From NCBI GenBank assembly GCA_040380025.1, contig JBEIJY010000005.1, forward strand, positions 39,397 through 103,396: a DNA stretch of 64,000 nucleotides, given 5' to 3'. The notes beneath the pieces were generated by a model. That model was given only the letters and a program-made list of their open reading frames with translations, was not told where the DNA came from and made no database searches. Position numbers and translations under genes: made by a program. Below are positions 1 through 9,882 of the stretch, piece after piece (the stretch's first letter is position 1; every line of letters begins with the position of its first letter). This stretch comes from Bdellovibrionales bacterium. GTDB taxonomy: Bacteria; Bdellovibrionota; UBA1018; CAIMNF01.

Positions 1-2
1 TC

Positions 3-1256
3 TATTCGACGGCCGATGAAAGCTCGCTGCACGTCAAGCTCGCCGACGAGGCGATTTGCATCGGGCCGCCTTCGCCGAAGCTCTCGTATCTGAACATGAT
101 GAGCATTCTCTCGGCGGCCGAGGTGACCGGTGTCGAGGCGATCCATCCGGGCTACGGATTCCTCTCCGAAAACGCGGAATTCGCCCGCCTTGTCCGCGAC
201 TGCAAGCTCACCTTCATCGGTCCGACTCCCGAGAACATCGAAGCCATGGGCGAAAAAACCCGGGCCCGGGCGAAGGCCCGCGAGGCCGGAGTTCCGATGC
301 TTCCCGGCACCCTTTCGGCCGTGGCCGGAGTCGAGGAAGCCGTCGATGCGGCCGTGAAAATCGGTTTTCCTGTGATCCTGAAGGCCGCCGCCGGCGGAGG
401 CGGGCGCGGGATTTTCATCATCCGGAGCGAAAAGGACCTGCAGGATTCCTTTCACCGGTGCAGTGAAGAGGCGCGGAACGCCTTTGGCGATGGTTCTCTT
501 TATGTCGAGAAATTCTGCGAGTTCCCCCGTCACGTCGAGATCCAGGTCGCCTGCGACCGGCACGGAAACCGCGTCTATCTGGGCGAGCGGGATTGCTCGA
601 TCCAGCGGCGCCACCAGAAGCTGATCGAAGAGGCTCCGAGCCCGGTCCTGACCGCCGAAGTCCGCAAGGAGATGGGCGAGGCCGCGATCGCGCTGTGCAA
701 GAATGTCGCGTACGAGAGTGTCGGTACCGTCGAGTTCCTCGTCGATCAGGATCGCAAATTCTATTTCATGGAAATGAACACCCGCATCCAGGTCGAACAT
801 CCCGTGACCGAGATGATCACAGGTGTGGATCTCATCAAGGAGCAGATCCGGATTGCAGCGGGGCATCCTCTCGGATTCCGTCAGGAAGACATCGTTCTGC
901 GGGGCCATGCCTTCGAAGTGCGGATCAATGCCGAGGATCCGGACACCTTCCGACCGTCCCCCGGAAAGATCACGGCCTTGCATGTGCCGGGCGGCTATGG
1001 CGTTCGCGTGGACTCGTTCATTTATGACGAGTACAAGGTGGTGCCGTTCTATGATTCGCTTCTTGCCAAGCTGATCGTGCACGGACGCGACCGCGACGAG
1101 GCGGTGGCGAAAATGCGCCAGGCACTCGACGAATTCGTCGTCAAAGGCGTCAAAACCACGATCCCCATCCATCGCAGGATTTTCGCGAGTCAGCAGTTTG
1201 TCGACTCCGATTACACCACCCGGTTCATCGAAGAATTCCTCCAAAATCCGCACTGA
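3..1256 (+). CDS. accC: Acetyl-CoA carboxylase biotin carboxylase subunit (5'-truncated by window edge)
   Basis: Motifs IHPGYGFLSEN, KAAAGGGGRG, RDCSIQRRHQK, EMNTRIQVEHPVTE, YDSLLAK; frame is open back to position 3 (YSTADESSLHVKLADEAICIG). Confidence 0.97.
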   Translation, partial: YSTADESSLHVKLADEAICIGPPSPKLSYLNMMSILSAAEVTGVEAIHPGYGFLSENAEFARLVRDCKLTFIGPTPENIEAMGEKTRARAKAREAGVPMLPGTLSAVAGVEEAVDAAVKIGFPVILKAAAGGGGRGIFIIRSEKDLQDSFHRCSEEARNAFGDGSLYVEKFCEFPRHVEIQVACDRHGNRVYLGERDCSIQRRHQKLIEEAPSPVLTAEVRKEMGEAAIALCKNVAYESVGTVEFLVDQDRKFYFMEMNTRIQVEHPVTEMITGVDLIKEQIRIAAGHPLGFRQEDIVLRGHAFEVRINAEDPDTFRPSPGKITALHVPGGYGVRVDSFIYDEYKVVPFYDSLLAKLIVHGRDRDEAVAKMRQALDEFVVKGVKTTIPIHRRIFASQQFVDSDYTTRFIEEFLQNPH

Positions 1257-1283
1257 AAGCGGTATCCTTTTTCATGGAGGATT

Positions 1284-2045
1284 GTGCGCAAAGTGACCGA
1301 TAACACGAACGAAACGGGGTCCTCCGGTTTTTCCATCCAGCAAGAGCCGGTCTCTCCCGCCGAAGATGTGCGGAGTGCTGAAATCCTTCTGAGCGAGGGT
1401 CTTTTCGAAGAAGCCAAGCGGATCCTCCGTCGCTTGTTGATGCGGCATCCGGAATTCGCTCCCGCGTCCGAATTGCTCGGTCGGATCCAGGAACAGGAAC
1501 TCCGCATGATTCTCGACCGGGATTCCCGGCGGGATCCCGAAGAACAGCCGCTTCGGAATCCGGATGAGGTGATCCGGAAGCTCCTCGAGGATCTCGGAAT
1601 GGACGCATCTTTGCCGGGCGGGATCGATCCCGCCGCCCTGAACTGGGCCCATTCCCCGCGCGCGAGCGTCGAAGAGGCGTTCGATCTCGGTGTCGCGTTT
1701 TTTGAGATGGGATGCTTCCGCGATGCGATCGTCGAACTCGAGGAGGCGCTCCGGATGATCCGGATCGGCCGGAGCGAGCTTGGTCCTGCCGGAGTCGCGG
1801 CCGCGGCACTTTGCGCCGAGGCCATGGTAAATCTGGCTGACGGGTTCGCGGCGAAGTCGTTCCTGATTCCCGTGCTGAACGAGCCCGAGTTGAAGCACGA
1901 AGAAAAAATTCCTTTGTTTTATCTGGTCGGGCGGGCCGAGGAGATTCTCGGCAACCATAACGAGGCGAAAGGTTGGTTCGGAAAAGTGATCGAAGCCGAC
2001 CCGCTCTTCCGGGATGCGGAGTTCCGGGTCAGGACCGGACGATGA
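1284..2045 (+). CDS. Tetratricopeptide-repeat protein (Bd2492/SgmX-like by synteny)
   Basis: TPR-like helices (FDLGVAFFEMGCFRDAIVELEEA; YLVGRAEEILGNHNEAKGWFGKV); GGAGG before GTG; lies between accC and tamB. Confidence 0.75.
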   Translation: MRKVTDNTNETGSSGFSIQQEPVSPAEDVRSAEILLSEGLFEEAKRILRRLLMRHPEFAPASELLGRIQEQELRMILDRDSRRDPEEQPLRNPDEVIRKLLEDLGMDASLPGGIDPAALNWAHSPRASVEEAFDLGVAFFEMGCFRDAIVELEEALRMIRIGRSELGPAGVAAAALCAEAMVNLADGFAAKSFLIPVLNEPELKHEEKIPLFYLVGRAEEILGNHNEAKGWFGKVIEADPLFRDAEFRVRTGR

Positions 2046-5000
2046 GATTCACCCGGCTCAGGATTGCGGCGTTTTCGTTTTTGCTCCTCACTGCCGCAAC
2101 CCTGGGCGGAGGCCTCGCCTACCTCGAAAGCGGGGCATTCGGAAATCTGATCAAGCGGATCCTCTCGGAGCGATCCCCGAAGAAGCTCGGCATCACGGGC
2201 GAGTTCTCGCATCTGAAGATTTATTTTTTCCCCCCGGGGGTCGGCATCGCCGATCCGAAAATCCGGGTCGCGCGCGAGAATCTCGCGAACATCCCCGTCG
2301 ATGCCGAGATCGAGGCCAAGGAGCTTCGTGCGAGCTTCGCTCCGTTCCAGATGTTCACCGGAACGCTCAGGGTCGACGAGGTCGTGGTCACCGGAGGATC
2401 GGTCCGGGGTACCGTTTCCTCGGCGGTTTTCACCGAGAAACCCAAAAAGAAAAGGGTGGAGCGCTTCGGTTGGGACGATCTCTTCCGTCTGCAGATCAAC
2501 GGTGTCCGGTTGCGGGATACGTTTCTCGATGCGACCTTCGAGCTTCCGGGTGCGAAAAAAGAGATTGTGCGATCCGAGCTGATCGTGAAGGAGCTCGATC
2601 TTCGCAAGGACTCGATCGAGGACCGTGAGGGACTCGTGTCGAGTGCCGTGGTCCGTGCGGTGCGCTTGGAGCCTCCGGCCTCGTGGGGCCCGGTTCCGGT
2701 TCGCGAGGCGAGCGAGCTCCGGTGGGATCTGCAATTCACCGATCAGGGGCTTCGAATCGAGCCGCTCGCAGTCGAACTGCCCGGGCTCCGCCTCACCGCC
2801 CGGGGAAGGATCGACGGAAATCTTCTGGACGAGAAGGAAGACCCGAAGGCCGAGGCCTCGCTCGAGATCGCATCCGATCTGGGCATCCTGCTCAACCGGG
2901 GACCGGTCGCGCAAAAATGGGGGGGCGAGGTCGCGCTGAAGGCAACGGCGGGCGCACGGGTCAGGGACATCGGGAATTCCCTGAAAGCGCGCTATGATGT
3001 CGATGCGAGGAATTTCTTTTATGGCGAAGCGAAGGCGGCGATCGCCCGTTCCGAAGGTGAACTGGATCTCGCCGAAAAAACGATCAAACTGAAATCGCTC
3101 GAAATGCGGGAGTCCTCCGGGGCCGAGGGCGCAGGACGGGTCCGGGTTCTTCCGACGGTGCTTCCGCTCGATCTTGACCGGGCCTTCACTGCCACCCTCG
3201 AACTCGAAAAAGCCGATCTCCACTGGCTGGGCGGGGTGGTCGCGCCCTCTCTCACTCCTCTCGAGGCGAAGATTTCCGGAAAAGTCGGCCTCCGGTTCGC
3301 GCCCGGAGAAAAGAACTGGAAGCTTCAGGCCGAGCCCGATCTGGAGGTTTCGAAGTTCGCCCTGACCAATCAAAAGTGGGGCGTGAAGCGTCCGATGAAG
3401 TTCATCCTGAGGCCGGATCTTCCCATCCGGATCCGGGGAGGCGTCGACGCGGGCCCCGCAGGGTTGGAGTTCCGGAATCTTGGACTCGGAATCCGGAAGA
3501 CGCAGTTTCTGGTGGCCGGAGGCATCCGCAAAGGAAAAGGCTTTGATTTCACCGCGAAGGGCCCCGCCGATCTGAGTGAAATCCGGGAGATTGCAGAGAT
3601 TCCGATCCGGGGCGAAGGCACGATCGAGGCGAGGATCCACGGACCCGCCGATGCGCTTCTTCTGGATTTCGATGCCCGGCTCTCCGGAGCGGAATACATT
3701 GATCTTCATCTCGGAAATCTCGAAGGCCGCGTGACCTACGATGATGGCCAGTCCCGACTTCGACTGACCGACATGACGGGGCGACACGGGGGAACGTTTT
3801 ATTTTCTGAAGGACGGGTTCATCGATCTCGCCGGGAGTGATGACATCCGGCTCCCGATCGAGGTCCGATCCGGAAAAATCGAGGAGCTCTCCGAGGTGCT
3901 CCAGTCGCTCGTCGCAAAGATCAGCTGGTATCCGCGGTCCCTGAAGGGCGAAGTGCACGGATCGGTTCTGGTCGCCGGAAAAATCGACATGCCCCGGCTG
4001 GTCATCGAATCAAGGCTCGAGGGCACCGATTGGTCCTGGGCCGGAGAGCGGGCGCGCAAGGTCAGGATGGCGGTCGGTTACGATCGGGGGCTTTATTACG
4101 CCCGCGAGGTGTCGGTCGTGAAGTCCGTCGGGGAGTTCCGCGGGCAGGTCGAGTTCGACGCCGGCACCGATGCCCTCTCGTGGAATCTTTCGACCTCCTC
4201 GCTCAGTCTGAATGACTTTGATTTTTTCAGCCGTCTTGAGATTCCCGCCCGCTCGAAAATCGAGATCCGGAGCACCGGTTCCGGAACGATGGAGCGTCTC
4301 GAATCCTCCACGCGGATCCGCGGCTACGGGACCGAGGTGAAGGGCGAACAATATCAGGATTCCGAGCTCACGCTGGTTTCGGGCGGGAATCGCGTCGAGG
4401 CGGATGCGAATCTGTTCGGTCGCGAGCTCACCGCCCAGCTCCGCTATTCGCTGATCCCGAAACAACCGTCTTCGTTCCGGATGGACCTCCGGCAATTCGA
4501 TTTTTCTCCCGCGATTCTGATTCTCAATCCGAAACTCGTCGATGATCCGGCTCTTGCGGCGAGGGCATCGGGGCACATCAAGCTCGATTTCCTGAGCACC
4601 CAGTTCGAGCTTGCGAGAGGGGAATTCGAGATCGGGGAGTATCTGGTTTCGAAAACCGGATTCGAGGCCCGTCTGGAAGATCCGATTTCGGTGCCGATCC
4701 AGCTCGGGTTTTTCCGGCTTGAGCCGGTCCGGTTCCGCTTGAACGACTCCGCGCTGATCCTGACCGGAGAAGGGCGCAAGGGGGATGTCGATCTCACGCT
4801 CCAGGGAACGATCGATCTTGCGATGGCCGAGCTTCTGACCTCCTCGATCCGCAAGGCGCAAGGAAAGGCCGCGACGCGGATCACGCTGAAGGGCCCGATG
4901 AAGGATCTGAGCTTGGACGGACAGCTGGAATTCGCAGGAGCGATGGTCCAGCCCGGCTGGCTTCAAACCCCATTCGAGGATGTCGACGGAAAAATCGTGA

Positions 5001-6154
5001 TCAACCGTGGCCGCTTCCTGGTCCAGTCTCTCGATGCGTTCGCCGGCGGGGAGTCGTTCAATCTCAGCGGAAAAATCGACACTTTCGCCCGAAAATTCCC
5101 TGAAATCGATCTTCGCGCGGTTTTCCAGAACAACAGCATGAAGATGGAGCCGTTCGATCTGGTCCAAGTACGCGGAACGGTTTCGATCAAGGGGAACGAG
5201 CCGCCCTACCGGATCGGGGGCAATCTCGATCTGGTCCAGGCCTTGTACGCCAAGAGTTTCGGAAAGTCCGGTGGAGCGCCGGCGATGCGCGGGGAGCGAT
5301 TCCTGCCGAAAGATCAGGACACTCAGCTCGGTTCGGGAATCTTCGAATTCGATCTCGGGATCAACTCGAATCAGGGGTTTTTCGTCCGGAACGAGGTGCT
5401 CGATGCCGAATTCAAGGGCAAGGCGAGGCTGGTCGGAACCCCCTCGGCGCCGGGAATTCTCGGAGAAGGACGCCTGATCCAAGGAAAGGTTCTCTTCAAG
5501 GATCGTCCGTTCGTGTTCGACAACGTCAAAATCGATTTCGATGACCCGCACCGTCTCGATCCGAAATTCAGCGCCGGCGCGATTTGCGATGTGAACCAGT
5601 ACAAAATCCGGGTGCTGGCCTACGGCCGCGCGAGCAAATGGAAGGCCGAGTTCAGCAGTACTCCGTACCTGAAGGAAAACGACATTTTTGCGGTCCTCTC
5701 GTCGGGCGGTGTCGGCACCGGAACGGGAAGCTCAGAGGGAAGCCGCTTTGCAGTCCGCGACCGCTCTTATGTGAGCCAGGGGGAGGCCGCATCCCTGATC
5801 CTGCATTCGATGGACTTCGGGAAGGACGTGCAGAGCAAGACCGGATTCCGGTTCGATGTCGAGGAGGCGATCGACACCCAGACCGCGGCGAGCGTGTTCC
5901 GTCCGCAGAATCTTTCAGAAAACGTCGCGTCCCCGAAGGTCGTGATCAAGCGGAGCGTGGGCAAGAACATCTCGCTTTCTTTCGGAAGCACGGTGGGGGT
6001 CGGATCCCGGAACTTGCGCGAGATGAACGCCGAATACAAATTGGTTCCGGGGATGTCGATGCTCGGAGTCTGGAACACCATCGAGGCGGTGAACACCAGG
6101 GAATCGCGGACCTCCTTCGGTCTTGACCTGAAGTTCAACCGAAGGTTCAAATGA
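2042..6154 (+). CDS. tamB: Translocation/assembly module TamB-family (AsmA-like) protein
   Basis: N-terminal hydrophobic anchor, ~1370 aa beta-rich body, C-terminal DUF490-like end (FGLDLKFNRRFK); ATG at 2042 overlaps TPR stop (ATGA); adjacent to an Omp85 gene. Confidence 0.85.
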   Translation: MRFTRLRIAAFSFLLLTAATLGGGLAYLESGAFGNLIKRILSERSPKKLGITGEFSHLKIYFFPPGVGIADPKIRVARENLANIPVDAEIEAKELRASFAPFQMFTGTLRVDEVVVTGGSVRGTVSSAVFTEKPKKKRVERFGWDDLFRLQINGVRLRDTFLDATFELPGAKKEIVRSELIVKELDLRKDSIEDREGLVSSAVVRAVRLEPPASWGPVPVREASELRWDLQFTDQGLRIEPLAVELPGLRLTARGRIDGNLLDEKEDPKAEASLEIASDLGILLNRGPVAQKWGGEVALKATAGARVRDIGNSLKARYDVDARNFFYGEAKAAIARSEGELDLAEKTIKLKSLEMRESSGAEGAGRVRVLPTVLPLDLDRAFTATLELEKADLHWLGGVVAPSLTPLEAKISGKVGLRFAPGEKNWKLQAEPDLEVSKFALTNQKWGVKRPMKFILRPDLPIRIRGGVDAGPAGLEFRNLGLGIRKTQFLVAGGIRKGKGFDFTAKGPADLSEIREIAEIPIRGEGTIEARIHGPADALLLDFDARLSGAEYIDLHLGNLEGRVTYDDGQSRLRLTDMTGRHGGTFYFLKDGFIDLAGSDDIRLPIEVRSGKIEELSEVLQSLVAKISWYPRSLKGEVHGSVLVAGKIDMPRLVIESRLEGTDWSWAGERARKVRMAVGYDRGLYYAREVSVVKSVGEFRGQVEFDAGTDALSWNLSTSSLSLNDFDFFSRLEIPARSKIEIRSTGSGTMERLESSTRIRGYGTEVKGEQYQDSELTLVSGGNRVEADANLFGRELTAQLRYSLIPKQPSSFRMDLRQFDFSPAILILNPKLVDDPALAARASGHIKLDFLSTQFELARGEFEIGEYLVSKTGFEARLEDPISVPIQLGFFRLEPVRFRLNDSALILTGEGRKGDVDLTLQGTIDLAMAELLTSSIRKAQGKAATRITLKGPMKDLSLDGQLEFAGAMVQPGWLQTPFEDVDGKIVINRGRFLVQSLDAFAGGESFNLSGKIDTFARKFPEIDLRAVFQNNSMKMEPFDLVQVRGTVSIKGNEPPYRIGGNLDLVQALYAKSFGKSGGAPAMRGERFLPKDQDTQLGSGIFEFDLGINSNQGFFVRNEVLDAEFKGKARLVGTPSAPGILGEGRLIQGKVLFKDRPFVFDNVKIDFDDPHRLDPKFSAGAICDVNQYKIRVLAYGRASKWKAEFSSTPYLKENDIFAVLSSGGVGTGTGSSEGSRFAVRDRSYVSQGEAASLILHSMDFGKDVQSKTGFRFDVEEAIDTQTAASVFRPQNLSENVASPKVVIKRSVGKNISLSFGSTVGVGSRNLREMNAEYKLVPGMSMLGVWNTIEAVNTRESRTSFGLDLKFNRRFK

Positions 6155-6180
6155 AGGTTCAAATGAAGATTCGAATGAAT
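6141..6180 (+). repeat. 12-bp tandem repeat at the tamB/Omp85 junction
   Basis: GAAGGTTCAAAT x2, then GAAGATTCGAAT and GAAT; produces in-frame ATGs at 6151, 6163 and 6175. Confidence 0.85.
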
Positions 6181-8766
6181 CTCCTGCGGACGTTCCTCTT
6201 CGCGGTTTCGCTTGCTTTCCTCGGAGCCGGTACCGCCCGCGCGTTTCCCGTCGACGAGATCCGTTCGGAGGGAGTCACCGCGGAACAGTGGGAACAGGCC
6301 AAAGGGGTGACGGGGCTTCTTCCCGGCGACGAGTACAGTCGCGAGCGCGCCATGCGGGCGGAGGGTCGGCTCCAGGATTTCTTTGAATCGAAAGGATTCC
6401 CCCAGAACGAGGTCTCCCACGAAGTGCTCACGCGCGGTGAGGTCCGGACCCTCCGGTTCTTGATCCGTCTCGGACCGGCGCTCAAGCTCGAATCGCTCGT
6501 GCTCGAATCCCGGGATCCGGGATTCACGCCGGAGCTCCAGCAAAAGCTCATGAAAACCCTCGATATCCGGCCCGGCGAGCCCTTCGATCGCGACCGGATC
6601 AAGGATCTTCGCCACTCGGTCGAGAGCTTTCTTTCGGCCCGGAATTTCATCGATTCCCGCGTTGCGCGGGCCTCGAGCGAGGTGATGACCGGGGGGATCC
6701 GCCTTCGCTTCGAGCTCGAGCTCGGAGAGCAGGTGGTGTTCTCGGTGCAGGGGAACCGGTTCTTTTCGAGGCCCGAGCTGATGGAGGTCATCAACAAGCA
6801 GAGAGCGATCGGACTCGGGAGGGATTACGTCACGGTTCTCATGGACCGGCTCGTCGAGCATCATGTGGCATTCGGATTCAGGAAGGTTTCGATCACTCCC
6901 TATTTTTTCGAGGCGCACGGAAACGAGCAAAAAAAGGTTTTGTTCAAGATCGACGAGGGGCCCAGGATCCGGATCGAATCGGTGGTCTTCGACGGGAACG
7001 AGGTCTTCAGCGACGAGGAGCTCGAAGGGTTGTTCTTCGACAGCGCGGAGGACCGGATCCGCGCGCGGATTTACAACGGGGCCATGGTCGATTCGGCCGC
7101 GGCCGGTCTGATCGAGCAGATCAAGCGACGCGGGTATCTTTCGGCGCGGCTCATCGGAATCAAAACCGAGGAACGTTCGCAGGGGGCGGGAGTGTCGATC
7201 CGGATCTTCCTGAATGAGGGCCTGCAAACAAGGGTCCGTTCGATCGAGTTCCGGGGAAACCGCGCTCTCTCGAACGGAAAACTCGTCGAAGAGCTCGGCA
7301 TCCGCGAGGGCGACCCGCTCGATCCGACGGGTCTCGAGGACGGAATCGATCGGATTCGCCGAAGCTATCGGTCTTTGGGGCATTTGGAGTTCCGGTTTGT
7401 CAACGAGACTGGTGAGCAACAGCCCCTGGTGGTCTATGCCGAGAAGAACCAGCTTGCGGACCTGGTGTTCGAGATCGAAGAGGGGCCGGTGTTTCATCTG
7501 GCCGGAGTCGAGATTCTCGGGAACGAGATCACCCGCCGAAGAGTGATCGAGCGCGAGATCACGATTGGCGAAGGGGAGGTGCTTTCGGAGGACCGGATCA
7601 TCGAGACCGAGGACCGCATCCGCCGGCTCGGGATTTTCGCGCAGGTGACCCTCGAGGTCCGCGAGGTTCCGGGCAGACGGGAGTTCAAGATCCTCCGGAT
7701 CACCGTGCAAGAGACAGCGCGCGGGAACACCACCGCCGGGCTCGGCTACCGGAACGACCTCGGCATCCGGACCTTCGGTGGGCTCTCGTATTCGAACCTG
7801 TGGGGCTTGAATCACACCTGGTCCTTCGATGCCACCATCAACCGCCGGATCCAGACCTACCAGAATCAGAACTACCGGTTCGTCGAGTACACCGCCCAGG
7901 TCGGCTATACGATTCCGTGGGCCTTTCTCGGGCCGACCACGCTCCGGCCCGGGATTTCGGCCGAGAAACGGCAGTACATCGAGTTTGATGCCGAGACCTT
8001 CGCGTTCAACACGAATCTCGAACGGATGCTGTACCGGCCGCTCCGGATCTCGGGAATCGTGAGCTACACCCTCGAGACCATCCGGCAGTTCAATGCGGTC
8101 GACGCCACCCAGAACCAGAAGATCACCATCGGATCGATCACCCCCACTCTGCGGATCGACCTTCGGGACAATCCGCTCTCGCCCCGGCAGGGAATGTTCT
8201 CGAGCGCTTCTTTCGAGTATGCGAATCAGTTTTTCGGGAGTCAGATGGAACCCTTGCCGATCCGGTACGGTCGCTTCCAGACGAGAACCGACTTCCATTG
8301 GAACTTCGTGCCCTCGGTGGTGTGGTTCGGGAGCGTGCGGGGCGGATGGCTCCGGAATTTCGTCGATCCCCGGAGTTCCGACGGAAGCCTCGACCCCCGG
8401 ATCAGCGTCCCGCTCATCAAGCAGTTCGCTCTCGGCGGGATCAACTCGATTCGTGGATTCAACGAGCAAGAAATCAATGTGCAGGCCGGAGACTCCAGTC
8501 GTCGCGTGCAGGGCTACCTTACTTATGTGAACTACCGCACCCAGCTCGATTTTTATCCCGGAACCTCGTTCTCGATCGGCCCCTTTTTGGACGCCGGAAA
8601 CCTGAAAGTCGATGATTTCAACCTCGGAGACCTGCGATTCGGGAGTGGGGTGGGCTTCCGGTACGTCACCCCCGCGGGGCCGGTCAACTTCGATTGGGGC
8701 TTCAAGCTGTTCCCCAGGCCGGGCGAAGACCGGAACGTTTTCTACTTTTCCCTCGGGATCATCTAA
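6151..8766 (+). CDS. Omp85-family (BamA/TamA-like) outer-membrane assembly factor with about 6 POTRA domains
   Basis: Signal peptide; repeated POTRA signatures (FxGN...IxEG); barrel motifs GGINSIRGF, FLDAGN, GVGFRYVTPAGPVNFDWG, FYFSLG. Start could be 6151, 6163 or 6175. Confidence 0.9.
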   Translation: MKVQMKIRMNLLRTFLFAVSLAFLGAGTARAFPVDEIRSEGVTAEQWEQAKGVTGLLPGDEYSRERAMRAEGRLQDFFESKGFPQNEVSHEVLTRGEVRTLRFLIRLGPALKLESLVLESRDPGFTPELQQKLMKTLDIRPGEPFDRDRIKDLRHSVESFLSARNFIDSRVARASSEVMTGGIRLRFELELGEQVVFSVQGNRFFSRPELMEVINKQRAIGLGRDYVTVLMDRLVEHHVAFGFRKVSITPYFFEAHGNEQKKVLFKIDEGPRIRIESVVFDGNEVFSDEELEGLFFDSAEDRIRARIYNGAMVDSAAAGLIEQIKRRGYLSARLIGIKTEERSQGAGVSIRIFLNEGLQTRVRSIEFRGNRALSNGKLVEELGIREGDPLDPTGLEDGIDRIRRSYRSLGHLEFRFVNETGEQQPLVVYAEKNQLADLVFEIEEGPVFHLAGVEILGNEITRRRVIEREITIGEGEVLSEDRIIETEDRIRRLGIFAQVTLEVREVPGRREFKILRITVQETARGNTTAGLGYRNDLGIRTFGGLSYSNLWGLNHTWSFDATINRRIQTYQNQNYRFVEYTAQVGYTIPWAFLGPTTLRPGISAEKRQYIEFDAETFAFNTNLERMLYRPLRISGIVSYTLETIRQFNAVDATQNQKITIGSITPTLRIDLRDNPLSPRQGMFSSASFEYANQFFGSQMEPLPIRYGRFQTRTDFHWNFVPSVVWFGSVRGGWLRNFVDPRSSDGSLDPRISVPLIKQFALGGINSIRGFNEQEINVQAGDSSRRVQGYLTYVNYRTQLDFYPGTSFSIGPFLDAGNLKVDDFNLGDLRFGSGVGFRYVTPAGPVNFDWGFKLFPRPGEDRNVFYFSLGII

Positions 8767-8811
8767 ATTCAAATTGACGGCGGGGATCGTGTGGGGTAAT
8801 CCTTTCAGGCT

Positions 8812-9324
8812 ATGTTTCAACAAAAGTCTTATCTTGCTAAAAAAACGGGCCCCCATTTTTTTGAAATCAAAGGTCCGAATGCGCCGAAATGGTATGTGGT
8901 CGACGTGAAAGACCAGGTGGTGGGTCGGATTGCTTCGATGATCGCAAAGGTCATCATCGGGAAGCACAAAGCGGGCTACACCCCGAACGTGGACACCGGC
9001 GATTTCGTCGTGGTTCTGAATGCCGACAAAGTGGTGTTCACCCGCAACAAGCTCGACACCAAGATTTATCGTGATTACTCGGGATACATCAGCGGACTGA
9101 AAGAGCGCACTGCCCGTCAGATGCTCGAAACCAGCCCCGAAGAGATCATCCGTCGCGCGGTTTGGGGAATGACCAACAAGTCGTCACTCGCCCGTCATCA
9201 AATGAAGAAGCTCAAGGTGTACGCGGGATCCGAGCATCCCCACGAAGCGCAACAGCTCCAGGAGCTTCCCGCTTCGGCCACCCGTCGTTCTGTTTTGACC
9301 AAAAAGCCGGCAAAAAAGGCCTAA
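8812..9324 (+). CDS. rplM: 50S ribosomal protein L13
   Basis: WYVVD, GRIAS, GKHKAGYTPNVDTGDFVVVLNA, KLKVYAGSEHPHEAQ; directly upstream of rpsI. Confidence 0.98.
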   Translation: MFQQKSYLAKKTGPHFFEIKGPNAPKWYVVDVKDQVVGRIASMIAKVIIGKHKAGYTPNVDTGDFVVVLNADKVVFTRNKLDTKIYRDYSGYISGLKERTARQMLETSPEEIIRRAVWGMTNKSSLARHQMKKLKVYAGSEHPHEAQQLQELPASATRRSVLTKKPAKKA

Positions 9325-9344
9325 GGGAAGTTTAAGGAAGAGTT

Positions 9345-9746
9345 ATGGTAGAAAAAGAAATTCATCACATCGGCAAGCGTAAGACAGCAGTGGCTCGGGT
9401 TTACCTCCGCCCCCGCAAGGGCGAGATCGGAACCCTCAGCGTGAACGGGCGCTCCCTCCAGGAGTACTTCCCCCGTCCCGCGCTCCAAAAGATCGCCATG
9501 CAGTCTCTCGATCTGACGAGCAATAACGGACAATTCGACATTTATGTGAACGTGGCCGGCGGAGGGATCTCCGCTCAAGCGACCGCGATCCGTCACGGCA
9601 TCGCCCGCGTTCTGAACGAAATGGACGTTGCTCTCCGTGCGACTCTGAAAAAAGCAGGCTTCCTGACTCGCGATGCCCGCGAAGTCGAGCGGAAGAAGTA
9701 CGGCCTCGCCGGTGCGCGTCGTCGTTACCAGTTCTCGAAACGGTAA
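9345..9746 (+). CDS. rpsI: 30S ribosomal protein S9
   Basis: GKRKTAVARV, GGGISAQ, AIRHGIAR, FLTRDAREVERKKYGL, ends QFSKR. Confidence 0.99.
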   Translation: MVEKEIHHIGKRKTAVARVYLRPRKGEIGTLSVNGRSLQEYFPRPALQKIAMQSLDLTSNNGQFDIYVNVAGGGISAQATAIRHGIARVLNEMDVALRATLKKAGFLTRDAREVERKKYGLAGARRRYQFSKR

Positions 9747-9770
9747 TTCGTTCGATCTGTCATCTTTCTG

Positions 9771-9809
9771 GCGGCTCGGATCCCGATGGGGTCCGAGCCG
9801 TTTTTATTT
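9771..9809 (+). terminator. Rho-independent terminator of rplM-rpsI
   Basis: Stem CGGCTCGGATCCC / GGGGTCCGAGCCG followed by TTTTTATTT. Confidence 0.9.
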
Positions 9810-9882
9810 GTCAAATTTGAGTTTCCTTGACCGATTTTCGTGCCATACTTTTTTTAAGGTTTAGATCAGACAAGGAAAAAGC

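Noticed and set aside
5767..8967. 1066-aa minus-strand ORF and other long antisense ORFs (1919..3958, 4010..5551, 11648..13048, 17260..19191, 28180..30198, 42477..43880, 45949..47505, 54157..55614)
   Set aside because: They mirror well-supported genes on the opposite strand and have no recognisable motifs; such shadow ORFs are expected with high-GC codon bias.
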